Below the pieces are notes generated by a model. The model did no database searches and was not told the origin of the DNA. It saw only the letters and a program-made list of their open reading frames with translations. A stretch of DNA of 64,000 nucleotides, taken from contig CAWGXH010000003.1 of the NCBI GenBank assembly GCA_963826525.1, forward strand, positions 96,001 through 160,000, written 5' to 3'. This DNA comes from an uncultured Methanomicrobiaceae archaeon (GTDB lineage: Archaea > Halobacteriota > Methanomicrobia > Methanomicrobiales > Methanoculleaceae). A program made the position numbers and the translations under genes. This document shows positions 44,074 through 53,616 of this stretch, one piece after another; position 1 is the first letter of the stretch; each line of letters starts with the position of its first letter.

Positions 44074-44826
44074 ATGGACTATTCGTTCCTCTTTAAGATG
44101 TTCGCGGGGCTTCCCCGCCAGGGGCCGGGCAGCAACGCCTGCACGAGAAAAGCCTTCTCCCTGCTGACCGATCTCCCTGCGAAGCCGGAGATCGCCGATA
44201 TCGGGTGTGGAGCGGGTATGCAGACGGTAGAACTCGCCCGGATCTGCCCGGAATGCCGGATCACGGCAGTGGACATCTACCAGCCGTACCTCGACGCTCT
44301 CCGCCGGAATGCGGAGGATGCAGGCGTGAACGACCGGATAACGACCGTCCGTGCATCGATGGACGATCTCCCGCTCCCGGATGCCTCCTTCGACGTCGTC
44401 TGGGCGGAGGGGTCGATCTTCGTCATCGGCCTTGCGGAGGGGCTCGCGGCCTGGAAACGGCTGCTCCGGCCGGGAGGGTATCTCTGCCTCACCGAGTCGG
44501 CCTGGTTCACCGACACGCCCTCGGAGGAGGCCGAAGCCTTCTGGCTAGAGGTGTACCCCGAGATTAAGACTGTCCGGGAAACCGCAGCCGTTGCGGCGGC
44601 AGCCGGTTACGACGTCCTCGGTTCGTTCCGCCTCCCGGCGTCGGCCTGGTGGGACGACTACTACGCGCCCTTCTGCGAGCGGCTGGTGGAGATCCGGGCG
44701 TCTGCGGCCGGCAACGCCGATGCCGAGGCTGTGGTCGCCAACTTCGAGCGGGAGATCGCGGTCTACCGGGAGCATGCGGACGAGTACGGGTACGCGTTTT
44801 TTATCCTCCGCACACGGGAGGATTGA
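44074..44826 (+). CDS. class I SAM-dependent methyltransferase
   Basis: PRQGPGS, ADIGCGAG, FDVVWAEG. Confidence 0.92.
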   Translation: MDYSFLFKMFAGLPRQGPGSNACTRKAFSLLTDLPAKPEIADIGCGAGMQTVELARICPECRITAVDIYQPYLDALRRNAEDAGVNDRITTVRASMDDLPLPDASFDVVWAEGSIFVIGLAEGLAAWKRLLRPGGYLCLTESAWFTDTPSEEAEAFWLEVYPEIKTVRETAAVAAAAGYDVLGSFRLPASAWWDDYYAPFCERLVEIRASAAGNADAEAVVANFEREIAVYREHADEYGYAFFILRTRED

Positions 44827-44887
44827 GCCGCCGATACTATTTTAGGCAGAAGCGACACTGGAGCACCTGAAGAGGGGATGAGTCCTT

Positions 44888-45307
44888 ATGTCGGACAAAT
44901 TGATGGAATACTTCAACAAACAGCCGAGGATCGGCACGCTCAGCACCGCAAGCCGCGACGGGAAGGTCGATGCGGCCGTCTTCGGCTCGCCGCAGATGGT
45001 CGATGAAAAGACCGTAATGATGGGGCTTGGGAAGGATCGCACGCTTGCATACCTGCAGGAGAACCCGAACGCCGTCTACCTGATCGTGGAGCCGGGAGAG
45101 ACGTTCATGGACTGGAAAGGGATCAGGGTGTACCTGAAGATGACCGCGTGCGACACATCAGGAGAGATGTTAAAGACCTTCAAGCAGCAGATGGCCGAAG
45201 TTGTGGGCGAACAGGCGGCGGAGATGGTCTATGCAGCGGTGATGTTTGAGGTTACGGAGATACGGCCCCTCATCGATATGGGGCAGGGCTGGGAGCAGTC
45301 CGTCTGA
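44888..45307 (+). CDS. pyridoxamine 5'-phosphate oxidase-like FMN-binding protein
   Basis: LSTASRDGKV, TLAYLQENP, EIRPLI. Confidence 0.85.
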   Translation: MSDKLMEYFNKQPRIGTLSTASRDGKVDAAVFGSPQMVDEKTVMMGLGKDRTLAYLQENPNAVYLIVEPGETFMDWKGIRVYLKMTACDTSGEMLKTFKQQMAEVVGEQAAEMVYAAVMFEVTEIRPLIDMGQGWEQSV

Positions 45308-45362
45308 TTTTTCTATCGAAAGCAGTGGTATCGCGTCGGGTGTGGGAGATCAGGTTGTTCTC

Positions 45363-45632
45363 TCACCCGCTTTGATACTCCTCCAGCAGCGCATCGGCAT
45401 ATGCGTCTGTCTTCTTCGTCGGGATGTAGTTGAAGACCCGGGCACGTTTGAGCAGCTCATCACGGACGGCGGCGTCGCTCTTCAGGTCTAATTTTCGCAC
45501 GCCGTCGACGATCTCGTCGAGCTGATTGATGCCCGTCTCCTTGCCGTCGACGAGGATTGCCCTGATTTTAATAGCGTCGGGCTTGATCCCGCCGCAGACA
45601 GTGCAGTACTCGCCTTCTTTTTCGTTGGTCAT
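45363..45632 (-). CDS. small CxxC-containing conserved protein
   Basis: MTNEKEGEYCTVCGG...VDGKETGI...NYIP...YADALLEEY; overlaps/abuts cupin gene. Confidence 0.75.
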   Translation of the reverse strand: MTNEKEGEYCTVCGGIKPDAIKIRAILVDGKETGINQLDEIVDGVRKLDLKSDAAVRDELLKRARVFNYIPTKKTDAYADALLEEYQSG

Positions 45633-45640
45633 GCTGACGC

Positions 45641-45976
45641 TCACTCCCGGATCATGACAAGCGACATTTTGAATCTGGTGACGGCGGAGAGTGCGTGGGG
45701 GACGTTTGCCGGGAAGATGATGGTGTCGCCTTTGTTCATCGGGTGCGTCTCGCCTGCCACCCAGACCTCGCACTCGCCGTCCAGGATCGTCACCACCGCG
45801 TCATACGGTGCCGTATGTTCGCTGAGCCCCTCGTCCTCGTCGAAGGAGAAGAGCGTGATGCTCCCTGACGGTTTGTTGACGATCATCCTGCTCGCCACTG
45901 CTCCGTCCTGGTAGGCGACGAGGTCCTGTAACCGGAGGACTTTTCCCCGGAGTTCGCTGCGTTTCTCCTCGGACAT
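45641..45976 (-). CDS. cupin domain protein
   Basis: YQDGAVASR, LSEHTAPYDA, PANVPHAL. Confidence 0.9.
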   Translation of the reverse strand: MSEEKRSELRGKVLRLQDLVAYQDGAVASRMIVNKPSGSITLFSFDEDEGLSEHTAPYDAVVTILDGECEVWVAGETHPMNKGDTIIFPANVPHALSAVTRFKMSLVMIRE

Positions 45977-45998
45977 ACTCTCTCCTCTGTTTTCTGTT

Positions 45999-46205
45999 CT
46001 ATATCTCTTTTTGCTCTTTTCCGTCACAAAGCGCCCCGTCAAGGCCGCCGGGATGGCACTCCGCTTTGCTGTCACCCGGTTTTGCCTCGCCGGGCTGCAG
46101 CGTGATCACCGCCGCCGTCGCATGGTCGGTATCGTAGACCTGCCGGGCATCCATCCCGTGTGGGTTTTTACGGATAGGTTCCTTCGTGACAGCGACAATC
46201 TTCAT
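45999..46205 (-). pseudogene. truncated cupin N-terminus
   Basis: MKIV...NPHGMDARQVYDTDHATAAVITLQPGE, then similarity stops before the His motif. Confidence 0.6.
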
Positions 46206-46210
46206 ACGAT

Positions 46211-46990
46211 TCATCCCTTGTAGTTCGTCCAGTAGTTCGCCAGGCACTCCCGCCGCCGCCGCTCCTCGCGGCGTGTCCGCATCTCCGGATAGGTCGGCTC
46301 CGTGCTCTGCACCGCCGGGCAGAAGGGGCAGAGAGCGAACGGAACCTCGTCTGCCCTCTCCCTGACCGGACAGAGGTAGGTTCCCTCCCACAAATCGACG
46401 ACCTGCCCGCCGGGAAACGGAGTGCCGACCGGGTGGGCGGGCTCCTCCAGCACGAAGATGGCAAATGCGGCGAGGAGATACTTCAGGTAGAGGTATTTTG
46501 GGTCTTTCTCCTCTGCCTTTTCACTGCAGGCGTCGGCGACCATCCGGCAGTATCCGGAGAGGCCGGGGGGCGGCGGCTCCGTCATCGAACCTGCTCTGCC
46601 GCTCCGCGAGAGAACCAGCAGGCGGTGATGGCCTCCGGATATCTGCTCCCCGACTTTTTCGAGGAGCCGGGTTTGATAGTCCTTCGGAAGGTGCCTGACC
46701 TTCTCTTTGAACCGGGCATGCATCCGCTCGAGATCCCGGAGGTCGTACCGCTCCACTTCATGGGCGAGCAGGGCAAGAAGTTCACCCTTTGTTCGGGCAC
46801 GCTCTATCCGGCAGCATGCCCGGCCTATCCGATCGGCAGAAGCTGCACCGGAGCGAGTCTCGCCGGATCCGTCCTCCGCGAAGGTATCGATGAGGAGCGT
46901 GTATACTTCGCCCAGGTCGGTCTCGACCGTTTCTGTCGGACAGCCACTGATACGCCTGATGATGCGCGAAAAAAAGTGCTGCAGACCCAT
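46211..46990 (-). CDS. DUF2115 (UPF0305) methanogen protein
   Basis: HPVGTPFPGG, YLCPVR, ALCPFCPA motifs. Confidence 0.85.
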   Translation of the reverse strand: MGLQHFFSRIIRRISGCPTETVETDLGEVYTLLIDTFAEDGSGETRSGAASADRIGRACCRIERARTKGELLALLAHEVERYDLRDLERMHARFKEKVRHLPKDYQTRLLEKVGEQISGGHHRLLVLSRSGRAGSMTEPPPPGLSGYCRMVADACSEKAEEKDPKYLYLKYLLAAFAIFVLEEPAHPVGTPFPGGQVVDLWEGTYLCPVRERADEVPFALCPFCPAVQSTEPTYPEMRTRREERRRRECLANYWTNYKG

Positions 46991-47071
46991 GGTGCCACCT
47001 GAACGGGTGTATCCCTCAGATCTTCTGCTCCGCGAGGGTATAAGTGTGGTGTAACTTATAGAGTAACAGTA

Positions 47072-47890
47072 ATGGATGATCTGATCCGGAACCTGACCAC
47101 CCTCGGGCTGAAAGAGTACGAAGCACGGGTCTACGCCGCCCTCGTCGGCCTCGGTGAGGGAAACGCCCGGCAGATCCACGAAGCCAGCGGTGTGCCCCGC
47201 CCCCGGGTCTACGACATCGCCGAGGCCCTCGCGAACCGGGGTTTTATCAGAGTGCAACGGGGAAATCCGCATCTCTACATCCCGGTCGAACCTGCAGTCC
47301 TCGTCAACCAGCTGAAGAGCGGCATGGAACAGGCAGCTGCCGATGCGGTTCATGATCTCGATACCCTCTCGCTCGATGCCCGGTCGAAGAACGCCCCGAT
47401 CTGGTACGTGCAGGGGGATTGGAGCATCCACCGGCATGCAGAGTCGCTGGTGATGGGAGCTCTTTGCGAACTTGCCGTCGTCTGCATGGACTACGAGCAG
47501 ATCGGTGATTACGCTCGTCCCATCGCCGATGCGGCGGAGCGCTGCCCTGTCAGTATCCTCTTCCCGAACGGCAAACGGGGGGTTGCGCGAACGCTCGGCA
47601 ATGCAGCGCTCTATACGCCGCGGGCGTTCTGCGACTTCTTCCAGGAGCATATCTTCGCGACAGTCTTCAGCGGGCCGGTCTCGGTGGACGGATCTTCGTT
47701 CCTCCTCGAGTACATCTTCATCGCCGACGATCGGGTCTGCATGCTCGTCTACGCAGAGAACGGTATCCGGAATGCGGTGGTGATCACGCTGCCGTTCATC
47801 ACCCGTATCCAGAAACAGTTCGTCTCGAGGATGATCGCCCACGCAGAACCTCTCGAAACGAGCGCAAAGGTGGAGCAGAAGGATGCGTGA
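47072..47890 (+). CDS. TrmB family transcriptional regulator
   Basis: LGLKEYEARVYAAL, SGVPRPRVYDI; divergent from the DUF2115-cupin operon. Confidence 0.92.
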   Translation: MDDLIRNLTTLGLKEYEARVYAALVGLGEGNARQIHEASGVPRPRVYDIAEALANRGFIRVQRGNPHLYIPVEPAVLVNQLKSGMEQAAADAVHDLDTLSLDARSKNAPIWYVQGDWSIHRHAESLVMGALCELAVVCMDYEQIGDYARPIADAAERCPVSILFPNGKRGVARTLGNAALYTPRAFCDFFQEHIFATVFSGPVSVDGSSFLLEYIFIADDRVCMLVYAENGIRNAVVITLPFITRIQKQFVSRMIAHAEPLETSAKVEQKDA

Positions 47891-48139
47891 CCCTTCCCCG
47901 GATCAGCTGGCACCCGGCGGAACGGTGATGGAAAGCCCGGAAGATCCGAACGAATTCTAGACGGCGGCACATCGACCCATCCCGGTTTTCTCCGGGGTCG
48001 AATGACCGTGAACCGAGTACTTATTTATGACCGTCGCCCTATCCCGGGTCCGGACGCCCTTCCGAAAGACGTCCGATCCGGGCAGGATGGACGGGTGCTT
48101 CTGCGCCCTCACATCCGGAGATAGACCCGAGGAGGAAGA

Positions 48140-49315
48140 ATGACACAGGATACGCCCACCGGTTTTGTCCGGGGGATTATGCAGGAGTATGCAGCCCTGA
48201 CCGGTCTGGAGCCCGCCGGTGCCCGCCCGCGGCGTTACCTCTGGACGGATGCGTTCGCGGTCTGCAACTACCTTGAGATCTACCGCCGCACGGGTGACGA
48301 GGCCTTCCGTGACCTCGCACTGCGGCTTGTCGGGGAGGTGCATTTCACCCTCGGCCGACACCGCGGCGACGATCGGCGGACCGGCTGGATCAGCGGCCTC
48401 GCCGCCGAGGAGGGCGAGCAGCATCCAACGATCGGGGGCCTTCGGATCGGGAAAGACCTGAACGAACGCGCGATCGACGAGCCGTTCGATGAACAGCTGG
48501 AATGGGACCGGGACGGGCAGTACTACCATTACCTGACAAAGTGGATGCATGCCCTCAGCCGCGTGGCTGCGGTTACCGGCGACCTCACGTATCTTCGGTG
48601 GGCGATGGAGCTTGCCGGGGGTGCCCACGCCGCGTTCACGTATGTCCCTCCATCAGGCGGCAGAAAGCGGATGTACTGGAAGATGAGCATCGATCTCTCC
48701 CGGCCTCTCGTTCCCTCCATGGGGCAGCACGACCCGCTCGACGGGTTCGTCACCTACAGCGAGTTGCAGGCGGCAGCGAGGAACCGGTTCGGGGCATCGG
48801 TCGGGATCGATCTCTCGCCCGAGATCACCGATATGGCCGGAATCTGCCGGGGAACACGTTTCATCACCGACGACCCGCTCGGTCTTGGCGGGCTCCTCTC
48901 CGATGCCTCACGGATCGCCCGGCTGACGATCGAGGGGGAGTTCACCGACACCGAATTGCTGGGCTCAGTCCTGGATGCAGCACGGGTCGGCCTTGCCTCC
49001 TTCGCGGCGAGGGGAACTACCGGGTATCCCGCCGGATACCGCCTTGCCTTCCGCGAGCTTGGGCTTGCCATCGGACTTGCGGGCGTCCCGGAGATGCTGG
49101 AAGGGTTCGAGGCGCATCCGGGTGTCTTCGGCCGCGACCCCTCCCTGTTGCGGCGGGTGCAGGCTCTCGCGGAGTACCTGCCGCTTGGCGAGGCGATCAC
49201 GGCGTTCTGGCTGGATGAGAATAATCGGAAGGTCGCCACCTGGATAGACCACCGGGAGATCAACATGGTGATGCTCGCGACAAGCCTCGCTCCCGGGGAG
49301 TTTCTGAAGGTTTAG
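48140..49315 (+). CDS. conserved hypothetical protein, probable alpha-helical toroid enzyme
   Basis: 391-aa ORF with ggagg RBS; motif-like blocks RRYLWTDAF, DGQYYHYLTKW, YWKMS, HDPLDG, RLAFRELG. Confidence 0.8.
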   Translation: MTQDTPTGFVRGIMQEYAALTGLEPAGARPRRYLWTDAFAVCNYLEIYRRTGDEAFRDLALRLVGEVHFTLGRHRGDDRRTGWISGLAAEEGEQHPTIGGLRIGKDLNERAIDEPFDEQLEWDRDGQYYHYLTKWMHALSRVAAVTGDLTYLRWAMELAGGAHAAFTYVPPSGGRKRMYWKMSIDLSRPLVPSMGQHDPLDGFVTYSELQAAARNRFGASVGIDLSPEITDMAGICRGTRFITDDPLGLGGLLSDASRIARLTIEGEFTDTELLGSVLDAARVGLASFAARGTTGYPAGYRLAFRELGLAIGLAGVPEMLEGFEAHPGVFGRDPSLLRRVQALAEYLPLGEAITAFWLDENNRKVATWIDHREINMVMLATSLAPGEFLKV

Positions 49316-49379
49316 GTGCCGGTGCACGAGCCTTCCCGATGGGATGGCGCGTGTTATCCCTGAGGCTCTCAGGACTCCG

Positions 49380-49807
49380 TGGTTTTGTCAAGGGCATGAA
49401 TATGATGTCGACCGAACTGAAACAGCTCGATAATACCAGAGTGGTGATCCCGAACGGTAAAGTCTGGAATAATCCGATTATCAACATTACGAGGATGCCG
49501 ACACAGCTGATCGTCCTTGAATCTCCGGTATCCTACAACACCGTTATCAGCGATGCGGTGAGTGTGGCATTGAAAGCGGCAGAGACGCACCCAAAAATTC
49601 ATTCAGACCCCGAACCGATTGTTCGCTTCAAGGAGATGGCCGACTCTGCCGTCACCCTTCAGCCTCCGGGCATGGGTGAACACGGAGAATTATTATCCCG
49701 TGAGGTCCGAGTTGATGCGATCGGTTTTTGAGGATCGCAGTACAGCAGGGGTTCATATCCCCTATCCGCAGATGGACGTCCATATGAAGCGGGACAGAGA
49801 CCCCTGA
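49380..49807 (+). pseudogene. MscS mechanosensitive channel C-terminal remnant
   Basis: DNTRVVIPNGKVW..IIN, MADSAV, IPYPQMDVH; no N-terminal TM part; frameshift. Confidence 0.75.
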
Positions 49808-50079
49808 TTATTCGCTCTCATGCAAGGCTCTGGAGATAGGAACGGGTGACAGAGAGCCGGAAGGACAACCGGCAGGCAGATTCTCCAAAATATCACATCG
49901 GAGAGGGGAATCATCTTCCCCTGCCCCTGTCACGGTACCGGCACTTTTTCGACAACCGGGGTTCCGGTTTCGCGGAGATCACAGCAGCCGGAGAGGAGTG
50001 CACCCGTCAGAAGGGCTCTCCATCGGAATCATGACAGGTCTGCGCCGGCGCAGTCAGAATGACCCTGTCCGGCGGATCT

Positions 50080-51277
50080 TTACAGCAGCTCATGCCGCTG
50101 GAGGTACGTCCGGATCTTCCGTGATTCGATCCAGCCCTGGTCGAGTTCTTTGATGTAGTCGTTAATCCGCTCGACCTGATTGCTGATCGTCTCCGTGGCC
50201 TTCGCATCGTCGGTGAGGTCCGCCATGCCCTGGATCACCTGGAGCGGCTGGCGGACATGGTCGGCGAGGACGGCAATCTGCTCGATGTTGCGCTCGATCT
50301 GCTCGAACGCCCGCATTCTGATAGCTTCGGATTGTTTTCTCTCGGTGATGTCGCGAACAATACAGAGGACCTCCCGCTCGTTCAGCGCCAGCAGACGTGC
50401 CTCAAACTGCCTGATCCCTGACGGGACGGCAAGCTCGTACTCCAGGCACTGGAGTTCCGCGGTCTCGATCGCTCTTCCTATCGCCTGCAGGATGGCATCT
50501 GCGGATTCCGGGGAAAACCCGGCATCGCGAATGTTTTTCCCGATAATCTCATCCGGAGGCAGCGCGAGCAGGCGTACATCAGGTACCTGGAAGTCCCGGG
50601 TACTCTCCGTCACGGGAGAGGACGAACATCAGGTCCGGGATAGCGCCGAGGAGTACGGCGTTCCTGTGCTCCGTTTCCTGGATCTGCTCCTCCACGTATC
50701 CTCGCTCTTCCACTTCTGCCTTCAACTGTTCGTTAGCCGTTTGCAATGCCGCATTGGCGTCCCGGACGCGTTTCGTGATGAGTGCCATCTCGCTGAAGAG
50801 ACGAGCCAGGTGAGAGAAGAAGTCCATCATCTTCAGCACACGGTCTTTGGAGATGATCGGGACTTTTGCGAGCGCTTCGAGGTAGGTGTCCGTATCAAAC
50901 CCGAACTCTTCAGCCTGCCTGATAAAGAAGTCCCGATCAGGCGGTTCAAAGAAGAACTGTCCGATTACAAAGTATCCGATGCGTTCGCCCTGAATGGTGA
51001 TAGGTACGGAGATCGTCACAAGACCGTTCTTGCACTGATAGATGGCGTAACGCTCTCCGGTGGCAACGTGCCCGCTCAGTATGGTGTCGTTCTTCAGGCA
51101 TCGTGCCGCCGTTACGGGATGAACACGGTGAAAATGAGTGCAGATATCCTGCCACCCGGCGGCAACGAGAATCGTGCCTTCTCGATCGAGAATGGTGGTG
51201 GAAACACCCGTCAGAGCTGAGAAACTCTTGCAGAGGGCTTCGAGCTCGTCGATATCCATCAGATCGGATAGATTCAT
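50080..51277 (-). CDS. PocR-PAS sensor ending in a HisKA-like hairpin, no ATPase domain (frameshifted)
   Basis: PocR (WQDICTHFHR, C, CKNGL, IGQF), PAS (IPDLMF...RDITERK), DHVRQPLQ C-terminus. Confidence 0.85.
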
Positions 51278-52383
51278 GGCACCGTCCTCTGTGCCCTGTG
51301 GCACGAGCGCTCGTTTAGACTGTCTTTCTTTGTCTGGAGGCCACGTATCGATCTGCTTCGTCGCTGGAGCCCCGTCGCCGGTGCGGTCAACTTCTGCCTC
51401 CGGTTCGCCCGTAACGGGCCTGCTCCGGGATCGCAGGTCCTGATCGAATAAACATCTCATATTTCCTGAACCCTTGATTTACTCCTGTGTCCGGCTCGGG
51501 AGCTGCGTGTCCTGAACCCCTGATATCTCCGGAAGGCGGGCGCAGTGATGACGGCCACAGGACTGTTTTCCTGAACTCCGGACTCCGGGCGACTGATATC
51601 GTGTCGCGGTCAACAGGGGTGGTGTCCCGGCTGACCCCCGAACCATAGAGTGCCAGCATACCCGTCCTCTATTTTATTCAGAGAGAATTATTTTTAAATG
51701 GTAATATATTTTCTGCCCACAATACCCCCGATTCTGGTTATAGTTTCTGTCTGTAGGAGTGATAGGTTTTGTACATAGGTTCATCTCAGGGTTGTTCTGC
51801 CTCTCGTGCGTGTAACCCGGCCGGGCGCTGTGAATTTATTGGCTCTCGAGGTTTCCTGCACCGTCACGGAAAAGACTCTTTTCTGCCCGGTTTCCACACC
51901 TTCGGGTAAGGCATGGCAGCATAGGAGCAATCCCGGCAAGGGCTGCGGGGCGTACCGTAACTGCAGGAGCGTATGTCTTACCCCGGTCTACGCTCGCCCT
52001 CGATTGCGCTCAGGGCGACCCGTTTGCGGCACCAGGCATTGGGAGGAGCGGTATTATCACTATCACACGGCCCTGCCGGGAGATCCTGTGGCGCCGGCGG
52101 CCTCCCCGGCCGTGGAAGTACGGTGCACCCTTCTTTGAGGAGACCCCCCACCTGCCCGGCTCTTCTCGTATTCGAACCGTCTTCGGCTGTTTCCCTGGCT
52201 CCGGTATCTTCCACCGTCACGATGAACCTCTCACAGGTCATGGCGGGGCTCGCCGCCGTCTGCACGGTCATTCCCGGGTAGGGGGGGATACGGGGCTGTT
52301 GCTTGCGGTCAGTCGCCAACGTTCTGGGGACGGGTCTGCCCGATGCCGGCACGAGCCGCCGATACGAAAAGAGGGGGGATCCT

Positions 52384-53241
52384 TCAGTCCCAGAGAGCGG
52401 TCTTCTCCTCGGTCCATGCCGGATCGACGAAATCCAGGGTCGTCGCCACTGAGTCTCCGGTATTCCGGAACCCTTTCATCTGATCCGGCGGAATGTACGC
52501 AGCACTCCCGGCCGGGACCGAGACTACCTCCCCGTCGGGTGTTGTGATCTCGAGCTCGCCGCTGATCACGTAGATGAGATCGGACGAGCCGCTCAGCCGG
52601 TCGTACCCGAGGTACCCGCCGGGAGGAATTCGGCGTAGGCGACACTGTAGTTGATCGGAACCTCATGCATCAATACCGGATTCATGAGCGTGTAGACCAC
52701 CGCACCTGACCCGGAATCCCACTCGATCCCCTCCCTGGGATCGGAGACGATCCTCGGTACTCCGTTGGTCACCGTATCGAGTGCGGGGGGTGCTATCCCC
52801 GAGACCTCGATTGCGGAGGTGAAGGGGGGCTGGATCACGGTAATATAGTGGAGTTCGGTATCCCCGGCTGCGGCTATCGACTGCAGCACGCCTTCCGGCA
52901 GGAGCACGGTCGCCCCTTCGCGGGCTGTCACCGTCTCGTTATCGCAGTGGATCTCCGCCTCTCCGCTGAGGAAATAGTCAAGTTCCACGCTTCCGACCAG
53001 CCGATGCGGGGCCGTCGCATTTCCCGGCGGAATGATGACATGCCCCATGCTGTAGTTGGTCATGATCTGCGGCGTTTCCTCACCGATAAGCCCCATATAC
53101 ATAGCCTGGCCATCGAAAATGGTGATTCCTTCCACCGGAGTGATCGAGCTGAATACGCTCGTCCACCGCAGGCGGATTCGGCGAGAGACATCCGGCGGAG
53201 AGGAGCATGCAGGTGATGAGAAGAGGAACAATCCTGTACAT
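52384..53241 (-). CDS. two-domain cupin lipoprotein (frameshifted)
   Basis: N-terminus MYRIVPLLITCMLLSAGC lipobox; two cupin barrels. Confidence 0.7.
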
Positions 53242-53616
53242 GGTTATTCATTCTGCAAGGGAGCAAATGAATTCGAGCGCCTGCGGCTGGTATGCCTGAA
53301 GGCGATTCAAACGCCTGAAACCCTGTGATTCTGATGCTGCGGGAAATATCTGCTTTCCGTGATGGCTGTAGTAGGTCTCCTCTATCGGTTTTCCCTCAGG
53401 TACTGGCGTTCGACCCCCTGTCCCATATTTTCGGAATGCATTACGTGTCTGGCGGAGAGGAGTACAGGACACACCTCAAGGAGTCGAGCAGACCGGAGAT
53501 GCCGCGCCATTCTCCTGAAAACCCTGGGAATTCGGATTTTATCGCTCACCTACCGCAAGAGAGGCGGCGATTCGATCAGGAACGTATACATTTTGTCCGT
53601 GCGAAAGAGTACCTTA

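Noticed and set aside
52130-52230. FIVTVEDTG fragment on the minus strand
   Set aside because: Probably a tiny HATPase remnant, too short and degraded to call.
53359-53616. Long N-terminal extensions from the ORF track (also 12376-12552, 41398-41496, 61172-61360)
   Set aside because: No protein-like content; downstream ATGs fit family starts better.
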